64,000 nucleotides of DNA from Gemmatimonadota bacterium (GTDB lineage: Bacteria; Gemmatimonadota; Gemmatimonadetes; Longimicrobiales; RSA9), in NCBI GenBank assembly GCA_040905425.1, contig JBBDRO010000080.1, positions 1-64,000 on the forward strand, written 5' to 3'. Below are positions 40,326 to 50,796 of this stretch, piece after piece (position 1 is the stretch's first letter; each line of letters starts with the position of its first letter). Below the pieces are notes generated by a model, which made no database searches, had not been told where the DNA came from, and was given only the letters and a program-made list of their open reading frames with translations. Made by a program: the position numbers and the translations under genes.

Positions 40326-40597
40326 GGCGGAGTCGCACGCTCCGGCTGTGGCAGTCCACCGACGCCCGGCGCGGGGCCCCCGCCGGCCGCGGCCGAATCG
40401 CTCCAGCTGCCCCCCGCACGCGGCGAGTTGGTAGCTTTGGAGGATCACGCTCAGCCCTCCACCCCCGGTGACGCATGCCGGGGTGGGACGGGCACTGAGC
40501 GGACGCCCGGCCAAACGGAACGGGCTCGGTGCGCGTCGTGACTCCAGGAGACGGGTCCGTCCCGCCATCAGCGTCCCACAGCATCAGACGATCAAGC

Positions 40598-41335
40598 ATG
40601 AGAACAGCTGCCCTCCTGCTCCTGGCCCTGCTCGGCGCCGGCCTCGGTCCCCTGGCCGCGCCCCCCGAGCGCGCGTCCGACCCGGCCGCTACCAGGCCCG
40701 GCGCCGCAGCGTCCGAAGGTGAGCGCCGCTCTGAACGCCGCTGGGTACGGCCGGAAGGGCCCACGAAGGTGGCGCTGCAGGCGGGTCACTGGAAGGCGGC
40801 CGAGGCACCCGACGAGCAGTCGGGGCTGCGCACCAACGGCACACGCGGCGGCGGCAAGGAGGAATGGGAGGTCAACCTGACCATTGCCCGTGCCACGGCG
40901 GCGCTGCTGGAAGAAGCTGGCTACACTGTGGAGATCCTGCCCACCACCATCCCGCCCGGCTACTGGGCCGACCTGTTCGTTTCGATCCATGCGGACGGCA
41001 ATGCCAGCACGGGTGTATCCGGCTACCGGGCCGCCGCTCCGCGCCGCGATCGTACGGGGCGAGCGCGGGAGTTCGCGGCGCTGCTGACGGAGAGCTACGG
41101 CGCGGCCACGGGTCTGCCGCGCTACCCCACCGTGACCCGGCGCATGACGTCGTACTATGCCTTCAATGGCCGTCGCTACGACCACGCCCTGCACCCGATG
41201 ACCGTGGGCACCATCCTGGAAACCGGCTTCCTGACCAGCCCACACGACCGGCGCATCCTGGTGGGTGAGCCGGAACGGGCGGCCCGCGGCATCGCCGATG
41301 CCATCATCCGATTTCTGGGTCCGCCCCTGCCCTGA
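40598..41335 (+). CDS. N-acetylmuramoyl-L-alanine amidase (Amidase_3)
   Basis: LQAGH, EWEVNL, SIHAD, ILETGFL. Confidence 0.88.
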   Translation: MRTAALLLLALLGAGLGPLAAPPERASDPAATRPGAAASEGERRSERRWVRPEGPTKVALQAGHWKAAEAPDEQSGLRTNGTRGGGKEEWEVNLTIARATAALLEEAGYTVEILPTTIPPGYWADLFVSIHADGNASTGVSGYRAAAPRRDRTGRAREFAALLTESYGAATGLPRYPTVTRRMTSYYAFNGRRYDHALHPMTVGTILETGFLTSPHDRRILVGEPERAARGIADAIIRFLGPPLP

Positions 41336-41359
41336 CGGCCGGCGTCCAGGCGGCGGGCA

Positions 41360-42766
41360 TCAGGCCCCGCCCGGCGCCGCCGTCCGCGCCGCCGTCCGCG
41401 CCGCCGTCCGCGCCGCCGTCCGCGCCGCCGCCCACGCCGCCGTCCGCGCCGCCGCCCACGCCGCCGCCCGCGACGCCGCTCCGCGCCCGGCCGCGCGGCC
41501 CGTGGCCCACGCCCACAGGAAGTTGTGGCCGCCGATAGGGCCGAACGCATCGAGCAGTTCGCCGCACAGGAACAGCCCGGGACGGCAACGGCTCTCGAGC
41601 GTGGCCGGATCCACCTCCCCGAGCGCCACTCCACCGCCCGTCACTTCCGCCTTCCTGTAGCCCTCGCTGCCGGTCCATGGCAGCGGGTACTCGGCCAGGG
41701 CCGTGAGCAGGCGCAGGCGCTCCTCCCTGCGTAGTTCGGAGCGCCTGCGGTCGGCAGGCACCCCGGCCTCGTCCAGGAGGCGCCTCGCCAGGCGTGCGGG
41801 CAGGTGGCGCTCCACCGCCGCGGCTACGCTGCCGGTCCCGTCCGCGTGAAGGAGCGCGTCCCACGCCTGCCGGTCCAGCGCCGGCACCCAGCGCACGCGG
41901 AGCTGCTGGTGCTCGCCCGCCATGGCCGACCGAACGGCCAGGTGGCTGGCGTCCAGGACCGCCGGTCCCGACCAGCCGCGGTGGGTGAAGAGAAAGCCGT
42001 CGGTGGTCGTGAAGCGCGGGCGGGCGCCAGGCGCATCCAGGCGCACCACGAGCGAGATGCCGGCGAGTTCCCCGTGCGGCGGTGGATCGGCCGTGAGCGG
42101 GGTGAGGGCGGGATAGGTGGCGTGCACAGTGTGCCCGAGCGCCTCGACCAGGCGCAGCCCGGTGCCGTCACTGCCGGTCCGGGGTACGGACAGGCCGCCG
42201 GTGGCCAGGATCACGGCGGCCACATGATGCTCCTCCGGCGCGGGAGTCGCGCCGCCCTCATGTGGCGCGCCGGGCGCCACGCGCACCACCCAGGACGCCC
42301 GCACATCGGGCGCGCCGCTACCCTCCGCGCCGGTCGGGGCGGTCAGGGCGGTCGCCTCCGCCTCCGGAGCCAGGCCGGTGACCGAACTGCCGAACCACGT
42401 GCGCACGCCCGCCGCGCGCACAGCCGCCACCAGGCCGTCACGTACGTCCCGGGCGCGGTTGGAGGCGGGAAAGAGCTTGCCGGTCTCTTCCTCCAGCACC
42501 ATGGCCATGCCGAGCTCGTGCTCGAAGAACGCCCGCTGCTCTTCCAGCGGCCAGGAGGCCAGCATGCGGCGCAGCGTATTGGGGGAGGAGTCGGTCACGT
42601 AGCGGCCCGGCTCGGCCCGACCCGGCAGCACATTGCAGCGGCCGCCCCCGCTGATGAGGATCTTCCGACCACCGTCCGCGGTGCGCTCCACGAGCACCAC
42701 GTCGGCACCGGCGCGGCCGGCGTGGAGCGCGGCCATCAGCCCCGCCGCCCCGGCGCCGATAACCAT
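41360..42766 (-). CDS. HI0933/BaiN-like flavoprotein
   Basis: IGAGAAG, GRKILISGGGRCN, ATGG, AEVTGGGV, GGHNF..AW. Confidence 0.9.
   Translation of the reverse strand: MVIGAGAAGLMAALHAGRAGADVVLVERTADGGRKILISGGGRCNVLPGRAEPGRYVTDSSPNTLRRMLASWPLEEQRAFFEHELGMAMVLEEETGKLFPASNRARDVRDGLVAAVRAAGVRTWFGSSVTGLAPEAEATALTAPTGAEGSGAPDVRASWVVRVAPGAPHEGGATPAPEEHHVAAVILATGGLSVPRTGSDGTGLRLVEALGHTVHATYPALTPLTADPPPHGELAGISLVVRLDAPGARPRFTTTDGFLFTHRGWSGPAVLDASHLAVRSAMAGEHQQLRVRWVPALDRQAWDALLHADGTGSVAAAVERHLPARLARRLLDEAGVPADRRRSELRREERLRLLTALAEYPLPWTGSEGYRKAEVTGGGVALGEVDPATLESRCRPGLFLCGELLDAFGPIGGHNFLWAWATGRAAGRGAASRAAAWAAARTAAWAAARTAARTAARTAARTAAPGGA
41375..41470. repeat. 12-bp tandem repeat, 8 units (CGCCGCCGTCCG and variants)
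   Basis: Direct reading of the sequence; encodes the (AART/AAWA)n tail of the flavoprotein. Confidence 0.92.
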
Positions 42767-42788
42767 GACGGTGGCTCGAGGTGGGTGC

Positions 42789-43262
42789 CTACGAGGATTC
42801 CCCGGGCCGCTCGTAGGTGCCGACCAGCTCCGTCTGCTCCAGCACATGCCCGTGCAAGGCACCCTCCAGTTCCGCCTTCGTGGGCTCGCCCAGGTCACCC
42901 AGGAGGCGGTCCAGTGCGTAGAGCTTGAAGAAATAGCGATGACGGCCGATCGGGGGGCACGGCCCGCCGTATCCGGTACGCTCCCAGTCGTTCAGACCCT
43001 CACGCGCACCCTCCGGCGGGACGCCGTCATCCAACCCCTTCACCTCGGTCGGGATGTCGTAGAGGACCCAGTGCACATAGGTGCGCTCCGGGGCCGCGGG
43101 GTCGGGCGCGTCGGGATCGTCCATGATCAGGGCCAGGCTCGCCGCGTCGGCGGGGACACCGGTCCACCGCAGCGGCGGCGCCGCGTCCCGGTCGTCACAG
43201 GTATGCTCGCGCGGGATCGGCCCGTGGTGGGTGAAAGACGGTGAGGTCAGTTCCAGGCTCAT
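42789..43262 (-). CDS. YbhB/YbcL Raf kinase inhibitor-like (PEBP) protein
   Basis: DPDAP, HWVLY, YGGPCPP.G.HRYFF. Confidence 0.93.
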   Translation of the reverse strand: MSLELTSPSFTHHGPIPREHTCDDRDAAPPLRWTGVPADAASLALIMDDPDAPDPAAPERTYVHWVLYDIPTEVKGLDDGVPPEGAREGLNDWERTGYGGPCPPIGRHRYFFKLYALDRLLGDLGEPTKAELEGALHGHVLEQTELVGTYERPGESS

Positions 43263-43298
43263 GACACGCCCCCCGGGTCTAGTGTTGGGTAGCCGACG

Positions 43299-44825
43299 CT
43301 ACAGGATGTACTTGCGCAGGTCCTCGTCCTCCACGATGTCCTTGAGCCGATCACGCACCACCGCCGCGTCGATCTGGATCGGCCCCGCGGCGCCCTCCGG
43401 CAGATCGAAGAGGATCTGGTCCAGCAGCGTGGTCAGCACGGTGTGCAGCCGCCGGGCGCCGATGTTCTCCATACGCTGGTTCACGTCCGCCGCGATGCGC
43501 GCGATCTCCCGCACGCCATCATCCTGGAAGGTGATCTCCACCTGCTCCGTGCCCACGAGCGCCTGGTACTGGCGCAGCAGCGCGTTCTTGGGCTCCTGCA
43601 GGATGCGCACGAAATCCTTCTCCGTCAGGGCATGCAGCTCCACCCGGATGGGAAAGCGGCCCTGCAGCTCCGGGATGAGATCACTGGGCTTGGAAACGTG
43701 GAAAGCCCCGGCCGCGATGAACAGCACGTGGTCCGTGCGCACCATGCCGTATTTGGTCTGCACAGTGCTGCCCTCCACGATCGGCAGTAGGTCCCGCTGC
43801 ACCCCTTCCCGGGAGACGTCCGGTCCCGCCTGACTGCGCTCGCCCGCCACCTTGTCGATCTCGTCCAGGAAGACAATGCCCATGTCCTCCGTGCGCTCGA
43901 GCGCCTCGGTGACCACCTCGTCCATGTCCACGAGCCGCTCCAGCTCGTCCTGGAGAAGGATACGCCGCGCCTCGGTGACGCTTACCGTGCGCCGCTTGGT
44001 CTTCTTGGGCAGCATGTCCTGGAGCATCTCCTGAAAATTGAAGTCCATGCCATCCATCCCCATGGGCATCATCATGTTCTCCATGGGTGTGGACTGCTGG
44101 ACCTCGATGTCCACCATGCGCTCCTCGAGCTTGCCGTCCCGGAGCAGCGTGCGGAGCTTCTCGCGCGTGCGCTCGCGCCGCTCCCGGGCCTGCCGCTCGC
44201 TGGCGTCCTCCTGGCTCTCCTCCGCAATCTCCGTGGGCTCCGCCGAGCCCTCCGATCCCACCACGAACGCCCGCACGCGGGCCGGCCCGGCCGCTCGGTC
44301 CTTGCCCTTGCCGGGCGCCGCCTCCTCGGGCGGCGCCGGCAGCAGCAGGTCCAGCAGGCGCTCCTCCACCCGCCGCTGTGCCTCCTCCTCCACCTCCGCC
44401 TCGCGTTCGTCACGGACCAGGTTCACGGCCATGTCCACCAGATCGCGAATCATGGATTCCACGTCCCGGCCCACGTACCCGACTTCCGTGAATTTACTGG
44501 CCTCCACCTTCACGAAGGGGGCACCCGCCAGCCGCGCCAGGCGCCGCGCGATCTCGGTCTTGCCCACGCCGGTGGGGCCGATGAGGATGATGTTGTTGGG
44601 CACGATCTCGTCACGCAGATCGTCCTCCACGCGCTGGCGCCGCCAGCGGTTGCGCAGGGCAATGGCCACCGCGCGTTTGGCTTGGTCCTGGCCCACGATG
44701 TACTTGTCCAGCTCCGCCACGATCTGCCGGGGCGTCAGTTCGTCCAGCCACGGATTGTCAGCGCCATCACCAGCTTTGTCGGCGGGGGGCGTGGTGGGTG
44801 CGGCTTGGGCAGGTGCGTCGATCAC
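43299..44825 (-). CDS. hslU: ATP-dependent protease ATPase subunit HslU
   Basis: [31 protein letters not shown]. Confidence 0.98.
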   Translation of the reverse strand: MIDAPAQAAPTTPPADKAGDGADNPWLDELTPRQIVAELDKYIVGQDQAKRAVAIALRNRWRRQRVEDDLRDEIVPNNIILIGPTGVGKTEIARRLARLAGAPFVKVEASKFTEVGYVGRDVESMIRDLVDMAVNLVRDEREAEVEEEAQRRVEERLLDLLLPAPPEEAAPGKGKDRAAGPARVRAFVVGSEGSAEPTEIAEESQEDASERQARERRERTREKLRTLLRDGKLEERMVDIEVQQSTPMENMMMPMGMDGMDFNFQEMLQDMLPKKTKRRTVSVTEARRILLQDELERLVDMDEVVTEALERTEDMGIVFLDEIDKVAGERSQAGPDVSREGVQRDLLPIVEGSTVQTKYGMVRTDHVLFIAAGAFHVSKPSDLIPELQGRFPIRVELHALTEKDFVRILQEPKNALLRQYQALVGTEQVEITFQDDGVREIARIAADVNQRMENIGARRLHTVLTTLLDQILFDLPEGAAGPIQIDAAVVRDRLKDIVEDEDLRKYIL

Positions 44826-45403
44826 GTGGTATCACTCCCGGCGCCGGCGCTCTCGTCGAGCTCCAGCACCGTGATGTTGGCGTTGGTGTAGATGCAGATT
44901 TCGGCGGCAATCTCCAGCGAGCGCCGCACGATGTCCGGCGCGCTCAGCTCCGTGGCGCTCTTGAGCGCCCGCGCGGCGGCCAGCGCAAAGCTGCCGCCGC
45001 TGCCGATGGCGGCGATCTCGTCATCCGGCTCGATGACGTTGCCATCCCCGCTGATGACGAAGAGATGGCTGTGGTCGGCCACGGCCAGCAGCGCCTCCAG
45101 GCGTCGCAGATAACGATCCGTCCGCCAGTCCTTGGCCAGCTCCACGGCGGCCCGGGACAGGTTGCCCGGATAGCGCTCCAGCTTCTCCTCGAACTTCTCG
45201 AAGAGGGTGAACGCATCGGCCACCGACCCCGCGAACCCCGCCAGGATCTGGCCGTCCTTGAGCTTGCGCACCTTCTGGGCCGATCCCTTCATGACGGTGT
45301 CACCCATCGTGACCTGCCCGTCACCGCCCAGCGCCACCTGCCCGTTCTGCCGGACGGCCACGATGGTGGTGGCGTAGATCCCGTCTTCCCTGTGCCTCAA
45401 CAT
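44822..45403 (-). CDS. hslV: ATP-dependent protease subunit HslV
   Basis: TTIVAV, GDGQVT, GSGG. Confidence 0.98.
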   Translation of the reverse strand: MLRHREDGIYATTIVAVRQNGQVALGGDGQVTMGDTVMKGSAQKVRKLKDGQILAGFAGSVADAFTLFEKFEEKLERYPGNLSRAAVELAKDWRTDRYLRRLEALLAVADHSHLFVISGDGNVIEPDDEIAAIGSGGSFALAAARALKSATELSAPDIVRRSLEIAAEICIYTNANITVLELDESAGAGSDTT

Positions 45404-45535
45404 GTCCTCGCGTGCGTGTGCGCGATGCGGCCACCCGCGAAGGCGACCGCGGAGCCCGGCCAGCGACCGGTAACCCGTAAAGCTAGATGCAGGGGCCGCC
45501 GGGGTCCAGCCACGCGACGCAGCGGGGGCCGGCCC

Positions 45536-46456
45536 TCACGCCCGCGGAAACGCCTGCTCGTAGACCTTCTTCAGCCGCTCCGTGGAGGTGTGCGTGTAGA
45601 TGCGCGTGGTGGACAGAGACGCGTGGCCGAGCAGTTCCTTGACGGCCATGAGGTCCGCCCCCGCGTCCAGCAGGTGGGTGGCAAAGGTGTGGCGCAGGGA
45701 GTGCACCGACAGGCCGGCATCGCCGGCGGCCGCCTCCAGGAAGCCGCCCACGATCTGCTGCAGACGGCGGCGGGAGAGCCGGCGGCCATTGCCGCTGAGG
45801 AAAACCGCCTGCCGCTCGCCGCCGGGATGCTCCGCCAGCACCTCCCGCCGCCGTGGCTCGTAGCGGCGCAGCGCGCGGGCGGCGCTCCGCCCCACCGGCA
45901 CGATGCGCTCCTTCCGACCCTTGCCCAGCACGCGCACCTGGTCCCCCACCAGGTCCAGCGCCGCCATGTCCAGCGTGTGCACCTCGGCCAGGCGCATGCC
46001 GGTGGCGTAGATCAGCTCCACGACGGCCAGGTCCCGCACGCCCCGGAAGCCCCCGTCAGCGGCACGGTCCTCGGCCAGCGTGAAGAGCCGTTCCACCTCG
46101 GGGCGGGTGAGCCATGCAGGCAGGTGCCGCTCGAGCTTCGGCGAGCGCACCGCCTTGGCCGGGTTGGAGGGCACGGCGTCCTCACTGTGCAGCCAGCGGA
46201 AGAAGGAGCGGACGGCGGAGAGCTTGCGGGCGATCGTGCGGCGCGCCAGCCCGCGCCGCGAGAGCTCGGCCAGGTAGGCGCGAAAGACCAGCCGGTCGGC
46301 GTCGGCCCACGTCCAGTCCGCGGGCAGGGTGCGGTGCAGGAACTCGGTGAACTCGGCCAGGTCCCGGCGGTAGGCGGCCACCGTGTGCGGCGAGAGCTGC
46401 CGCCCCGACTCGATCTCCGTGAGCCACGCCCCGAGCAGCGCACCGGCGTCCATCAC
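45536..46456 (-). CDS. xerC: Tyrosine recombinase XerC
   Basis: YATGMR, GKGRKER, HSLRHTFATH, LGH...YTH; located between trmFO and hslV. Confidence 0.92.
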   Translation of the reverse strand: MMDAGALLGAWLTEIESGRQLSPHTVAAYRRDLAEFTEFLHRTLPADWTWADADRLVFRAYLAELSRRGLARRTIARKLSAVRSFFRWLHSEDAVPSNPAKAVRSPKLERHLPAWLTRPEVERLFTLAEDRAADGGFRGVRDLAVVELIYATGMRLAEVHTLDMAALDLVGDQVRVLGKGRKERIVPVGRSAARALRRYEPRRREVLAEHPGGERQAVFLSGNGRRLSRRRLQQIVGGFLEAAAGDAGLSVHSLRHTFATHLLDAGADLMAVKELLGHASLSTTRIYTHTSTERLKKVYEQAFPRA

Positions 46457-47799
46457 GCCACCCCCACCGGCTCCGGCGCGGCCACCGCGGCCACCCCGCT
46501 CCCCTCCATCCACGCCGCGAAGTCCCGCCGCGCCCGGGCCGCCTGCTCGGCCCGCCGCTCCGCCTTCTTGCGGATGGGCTCGGCGAGCGGCTCCAGGAGG
46601 CCGAAATTGGAGTTCATAGGCTGGAACTCCTTCGAGCTGGCCTCATTCAGGAAGCGGTAGAGCGCACCCAGCATGGTGGTGGGCGGCGGCAGCTCGGGCG
46701 GGACGCCGCGCACCAGCCGATCCAGATTCACGCCCGCCAGGATGCCCGAGGCGGCCGACTCGGTGTAGCCCTCCACCCCGGTGAGCTGCCCGGCGAACAG
46801 CACCTCCGGACGGGACGGATGGGCACCGTACCGGTTCAGCCGCGCCGGAAAGTTGAGGTAGGTATTGCGGTGGATGGAGCCCGTGCGCAGGAACTCCGCC
46901 CCCTCCAGCCCGGGGATCATGCGGAAGACGCGGCGCTGCTCACCGGTGCGCATGCGCGTCTGGAAGCCCACCATGTTCCACATCTGGCCGCGCCGGTCCT
47001 CGCGGCGCAGCTGGGCCACGGCCCATGGGCGCTTCCCGGTGCGCGGGTCCTCCAGGCCGATCGGCTTCATGGGCCCGAAGCGCAGCGTGTCCCTGCCCCG
47101 CTCCGCCATCACCTCCACCGGCAGGCAGCCCTCGAAGTAGGGAATGTTCTCCCAGTGATGCCCCGCATACACCTCGGCCGCCAGCAGGGCGTCCACGAAC
47201 GCCTCGTACTCCTCCTTCGTGAACGGGCAGTTCACGTAGTCGTCCCCCTCCCCGCGGTCCCAGCGGGAGGCCATGAACGCCTGCTCGAAATCGATGGAGT
47301 CATGGGCCACGATGGGCGCGATGGAGTCGTAGAACGCCAGCCCGTCGTCCCCCAGGAGGGCGGCGATCGCCGCGCTCAGCGCGTCGGAGGTGAGGGGGCC
47401 GGTGGCCACGATGCCCGGGGAGGTGGGAAGCCGCGTCGCTTCACGCCGTTCCACGCGGATCCGCGGATGCCCGTACACGGCCTGGCTCATCCGCGCCGCG
47501 AACGCCTGCCGGTCCACCGCCAGCGCGGAGCCCGCCGCCACGGCCGAGGCGTCGGCCGCCGTGAGCAGGATGGAGCCCAGGTCACGCATCTCGGCCTTGA
47601 GCAGGCCGTGCGCGTTGGTGAGCTCCTGGCTCTTGAAGGAGTTGGTGCACACCAGCTCGGCCAGGTCGTCCGTCTGGTGGGCGGGGGTGGTGCGCACGGG
47701 GCGCATCTCCACGAGCGTGACGTGGTGGCCGCGCTCGGCCAGCTGCCAGGCCGCCTCGCAGCCCGCCAGCCCGCCGCCCAGAACGCTCACCTCAGCCAC
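46453..47799 (-). CDS. trmFO: Folate-dependent tRNA m5U54 methyltransferase
   Basis: GGGLAGCEAAWQ, ELVC.NS, GFQT, AGQLTGVEGY. Confidence 0.96.
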   Translation of the reverse strand: MAEVSVLGGGLAGCEAAWQLAERGHHVTLVEMRPVRTTPAHQTDDLAELVCTNSFKSQELTNAHGLLKAEMRDLGSILLTAADASAVAAGSALAVDRQAFAARMSQAVYGHPRIRVERREATRLPTSPGIVATGPLTSDALSAAIAALLGDDGLAFYDSIAPIVAHDSIDFEQAFMASRWDRGEGDDYVNCPFTKEEYEAFVDALLAAEVYAGHHWENIPYFEGCLPVEVMAERGRDTLRFGPMKPIGLEDPRTGKRPWAVAQLRREDRRGQMWNMVGFQTRMRTGEQRRVFRMIPGLEGAEFLRTGSIHRNTYLNFPARLNRYGAHPSRPEVLFAGQLTGVEGYTESAASGILAGVNLDRLVRGVPPELPPPTTMLGALYRFLNEASSKEFQPMNSNFGLLEPLAEPIRKKAERRAEQAARARRDFAAWMEGSGVAAVAAPEPVGVA

Positions 47800-50220
47800 T
47801 CAGTCCCCCTTCTTGCGGCCGCTCCCCTTCTTCACCGTCCGCTTGGTGCGCGGCGACGGCTTCTGCTTGGCCTTGGCGCCCCGCCCGTTGCCGCGCGTGC
47901 TGGCCCGGGGGCCGCGCAGCAGCTCCATGCCGTCGTCCTCGGTGGGCGCGAACTCACTGTTGCACTGCGGACACTGCAGGAACTCACCCTTGGCCTTGGT
48001 GCTCTTCTTCACCACCAGGGCCGAGTCACACTGCGTGCACGCCTGCGCAATGGGCTCGTCCCACACCGACCAGTCACAGTCGGGATAGCGCGTGCAACCC
48101 CAGAACGGCTTGCCGCGCCGGGTGCGCTTCTCCCCGATGTCTCCCTCACCGCACTTGGGGCACTTGAGACCGGGCAGCGTCTTGGGCTGCGTGTACTTGC
48201 ACTCGGGGTAGTTGCTGCAGGCAATGAACGCCCCGAAGCGGCCCTCGCGCTCCAGCATCTCGTTGCCGCACCTGGGACACTCCAGCCCGGTGGGCTTGGG
48301 CTCGGCCTTCTCCCGCTCGTCCAGCGAGATGGTCTCGCGGCACTCGGGGTAGCCGGTGCAGCCCAGGAAGCGGCCGTAGCGGTTCCAGCGCACCTGCATG
48401 GGCTTGCCGCACGTGGGGCAGTCGCGGCCCTCCTCCCCGGTGACCGTCTCCTGGATCATCTCGCTGCCGCGGGCCTGGCTCTCCTCCAGCCGCTTCGAGA
48501 ACGGGCCGTAGAAGTCCTGCAGCACCCGGCGCCAGTCCAGCTCGCCCTCCTCCACCTTGTCCAGCTCCAGCTCCATGGTGCTGGTGAAGTCCACGGTGAA
48601 GATGTCGGGGAACATGCGCACCAGCACCGCGGCCACGGTCTCACCGAGCGGCGTGGTCTCGAAGCGCTTCTTGACCAGATCCACATACTTGCGGTCCGTG
48701 ATGGTGGAGATTATCTGCGCGTACGTGGAGGGCCGGCCGATGCCGAGCTTCTCCAGTTCCTTGACCAGGCTGGCCTCCGTGAAGCGCGGGGGCGGCTGGG
48801 TGAAGTGCTGCGCCGGGACGATCTCCTTCAGGGCGCACTGCTCCCCCTTCTCCACCTGGGGAAGCGGATCCATGTCATCCAGCGTGCGATGGTCGCCCTC
48901 CTCGCGCGCCTCCGTGTAGAGGCGGGTGAAGCCGTCGAACTTCATGACGGAGCCCGTGGCGCGGAAGAGGTAGCGCGCGTCGTCGTTGCCCCGGATGTCG
49001 AAGTCCACCGTGGTCGTGTCGAAGACGGCCGGGGCCATCTGCCCGCCCACGAAGCGCAGCCAGACCAGCTCATAGAGGCGGAGCTGGTCCTTGTCCAGGT
49101 AGGACTTCAGGCTGTCAGGCGTGCGCGAAGGGTCGGTCGGCCGGATGGCCTCGTGGGCCTCCTGGGCGCCCTTGGACTTCTTGCCGCCCCAGAGGCGCGG
49201 ACTGGAGGCCAGGTACTTCTTGCCGAAGGAGCCCTCCACCCAGGCGCGCCCGGCACCCACCGCCTCGGGCGAGACGCGCGTGGAGTCCGTACGCATGTAG
49301 GTGATGAGCCCCATGGCGCCCTCGGCGCCCAGGTCCACGCCCTCGTAGAGGCCCTGCGCCACGCGCATGGTGCGCTTGGCGGTGTAGCCCAGGCGCTTGG
49401 CCGCCTCCTGTTGCAGCGTGGAGGTGGTGAACGGGGCGGGCGGATTCTTGACCCGCTCGCGCCGCTTCACGTCCGTGATCTCGAACGGCTTGCCGCGCAC
49501 GGCGTCCAGCACCGCGGTGGCGGCGGCCTCATTCTCCAGCTTGAAGGCCTTGCCCCGGATCTGGTGCAGCTTGGCCTCGAAGGCCTGCGCGTCCTTCTCC
49601 AGGTGCGCGGTGATGGACCAGTACTCCTCGGCCACGAAGGCGCGAATGGCCGCCTCGCGCTCGGCAATGAGGCGCAGCGCCACCGTCTGCACGCGGCCGG
49701 CGGAGAGCCCCGGACGGATGGGCTTCCACAGCAGCGGGCTCACCTGGTAGCCCACCAGGCGGTCCAGGATGCGGCGTGCCTGCTGCGCCTCCACCTTGCG
49801 CATGTCCAGGCTGCCTTCCTGCTCCAGCGCCCGCTGCACCGCGGCCTTGGTCACCTCGTGGAAGAGGACGCGCCGGAAGCGGTCGTTGCCCTCCTTGCCC
49901 GGCTCGTAGCCCAGCTGCTCCGCCACGTGGTAGGCAATGGCCTCACCCTCACGGTCGGGGTCGGTGGCCAGCAGGATCTCGGCCGCCTTGTCGGCGTCCC
50001 GGCGCAACTCCAGGATCACCTTTCCCTTGCCGCGGATGGTGACGTAGCGCGGCTCGAAGTCGTTTTCCAGATCCACGCCCAGCTCTCGCTCCGGCAGATC
50101 GCGGATGTGCCCCACCGACGCCTTCACGCGGTAGCCGCTGCCGAGATATTTGCCGATCGTGCGCGCCTTGGCCGGCGACTCCACGATGACCAGCTTCGTG
50201 CCCTTGTTGCTTTCGCTCAT
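47800..50220 (-). CDS. topA: DNA topoisomerase I with C-terminal zinc ribbons
   Basis: IVESPAK, ATDPDREGE, SAGRVQ, ITYMRTDS. Confidence 0.98.
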   Translation of the reverse strand: MSESNKGTKLVIVESPAKARTIGKYLGSGYRVKASVGHIRDLPERELGVDLENDFEPRYVTIRGKGKVILELRRDADKAAEILLATDPDREGEAIAYHVAEQLGYEPGKEGNDRFRRVLFHEVTKAAVQRALEQEGSLDMRKVEAQQARRILDRLVGYQVSPLLWKPIRPGLSAGRVQTVALRLIAEREAAIRAFVAEEYWSITAHLEKDAQAFEAKLHQIRGKAFKLENEAAATAVLDAVRGKPFEITDVKRRERVKNPPAPFTTSTLQQEAAKRLGYTAKRTMRVAQGLYEGVDLGAEGAMGLITYMRTDSTRVSPEAVGAGRAWVEGSFGKKYLASSPRLWGGKKSKGAQEAHEAIRPTDPSRTPDSLKSYLDKDQLRLYELVWLRFVGGQMAPAVFDTTTVDFDIRGNDDARYLFRATGSVMKFDGFTRLYTEAREEGDHRTLDDMDPLPQVEKGEQCALKEIVPAQHFTQPPPRFTEASLVKELEKLGIGRPSTYAQIISTITDRKYVDLVKKRFETTPLGETVAAVLVRMFPDIFTVDFTSTMELELDKVEEGELDWRRVLQDFYGPFSKRLEESQARGSEMIQETVTGEEGRDCPTCGKPMQVRWNRYGRFLGCTGYPECRETISLDEREKAEPKPTGLECPRCGNEMLEREGRFGAFIACSNYPECKYTQPKTLPGLKCPKCGEGDIGEKRTRRGKPFWGCTRYPDCDWSVWDEPIAQACTQCDSALVVKKSTKAKGEFLQCPQCNSEFAPTEDDGMELLRGPRASTRGNGRGAKAKQKPSPRTKRTVKKGSGRKKGD

Positions 50221-50765
50221 GCCTGTCCGTTGTAGTTGTCCACCGGCGCGCCGATGCGCTCGGCGAGCCATGCTTCGATTTCGCGTGTGATGTCCTCCGA
50301 CGTCCGGCCCACGGCGTCCACCGCCAGGTCGGCGTGGGCGGCATAGAGAGGCTCACGCGCGGCCAGGAGCCGTTGCGCCGTCTCTTCGGGGTCCCCCTCC
50401 GCAAGCATGGGCCGGACCGCCGTCTCGCGCCGTGCCCGCAGCACCGCCGTCTCCGCGTCCACCCGTAGCCAGACGTAGACCGTGCCGTCACCCAGCGCCG
50501 CGGGCAACTCCGCATTCGTGATCCACCCCGCGCCTGGCGCCAGCACCATCCGGCGCCGCGCGGCCACATCGGCCGTGGCGGCCGCCTCCTCCGCACGGAA
50601 CGCGTGCTCGCCGTGCCGGAAGATGGCCTCCACCGACTGCCCGGTGCGCAGCGTGATCAGCTCGTCCAGATCCACGAACTCCCAGTCCAGCCGGTCCGCC
50701 AGCAGGCCCCCGACCGTGGTCTTCCCCGCCGCCATGAAGCCGAGCAGGACCACGCGCTCGATCAC
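50217..50765 (-). CDS. aroK: Shikimate kinase
   Basis: GFMAAGKTT, GE..FR..E, RP.L. Confidence 0.92.
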   Translation of the reverse strand: MIERVVLLGFMAAGKTTVGGLLADRLDWEFVDLDELITLRTGQSVEAIFRHGEHAFRAEEAAATADVAARRRMVLAPGAGWITNAELPAALGDGTVYVWLRVDAETAVLRARRETAVRPMLAEGDPEETAQRLLAAREPLYAAHADLAVDAVGRTSEDITREIEAWLAERIGAPVDNYNGQA

Positions 50766-50796
50766 GCCCCGTTCCTTGTAAGCGACGATGCTACGC

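Noticed and set aside
45536..46456. Tyrosine recombinase as an island integrase
   Set aside because: Sits in the conserved topA-trmFO-xerC-hslVU housekeeping order
46819..50235. 1138-aa plus-strand ORF and similar long ORFs (224-2671, 20243-22327, 21554-23698, 24318-26309, 56481-58724)
   Set aside because: Antisense shadows of well-supported genes in high-GC DNA, with no recognisable motifs
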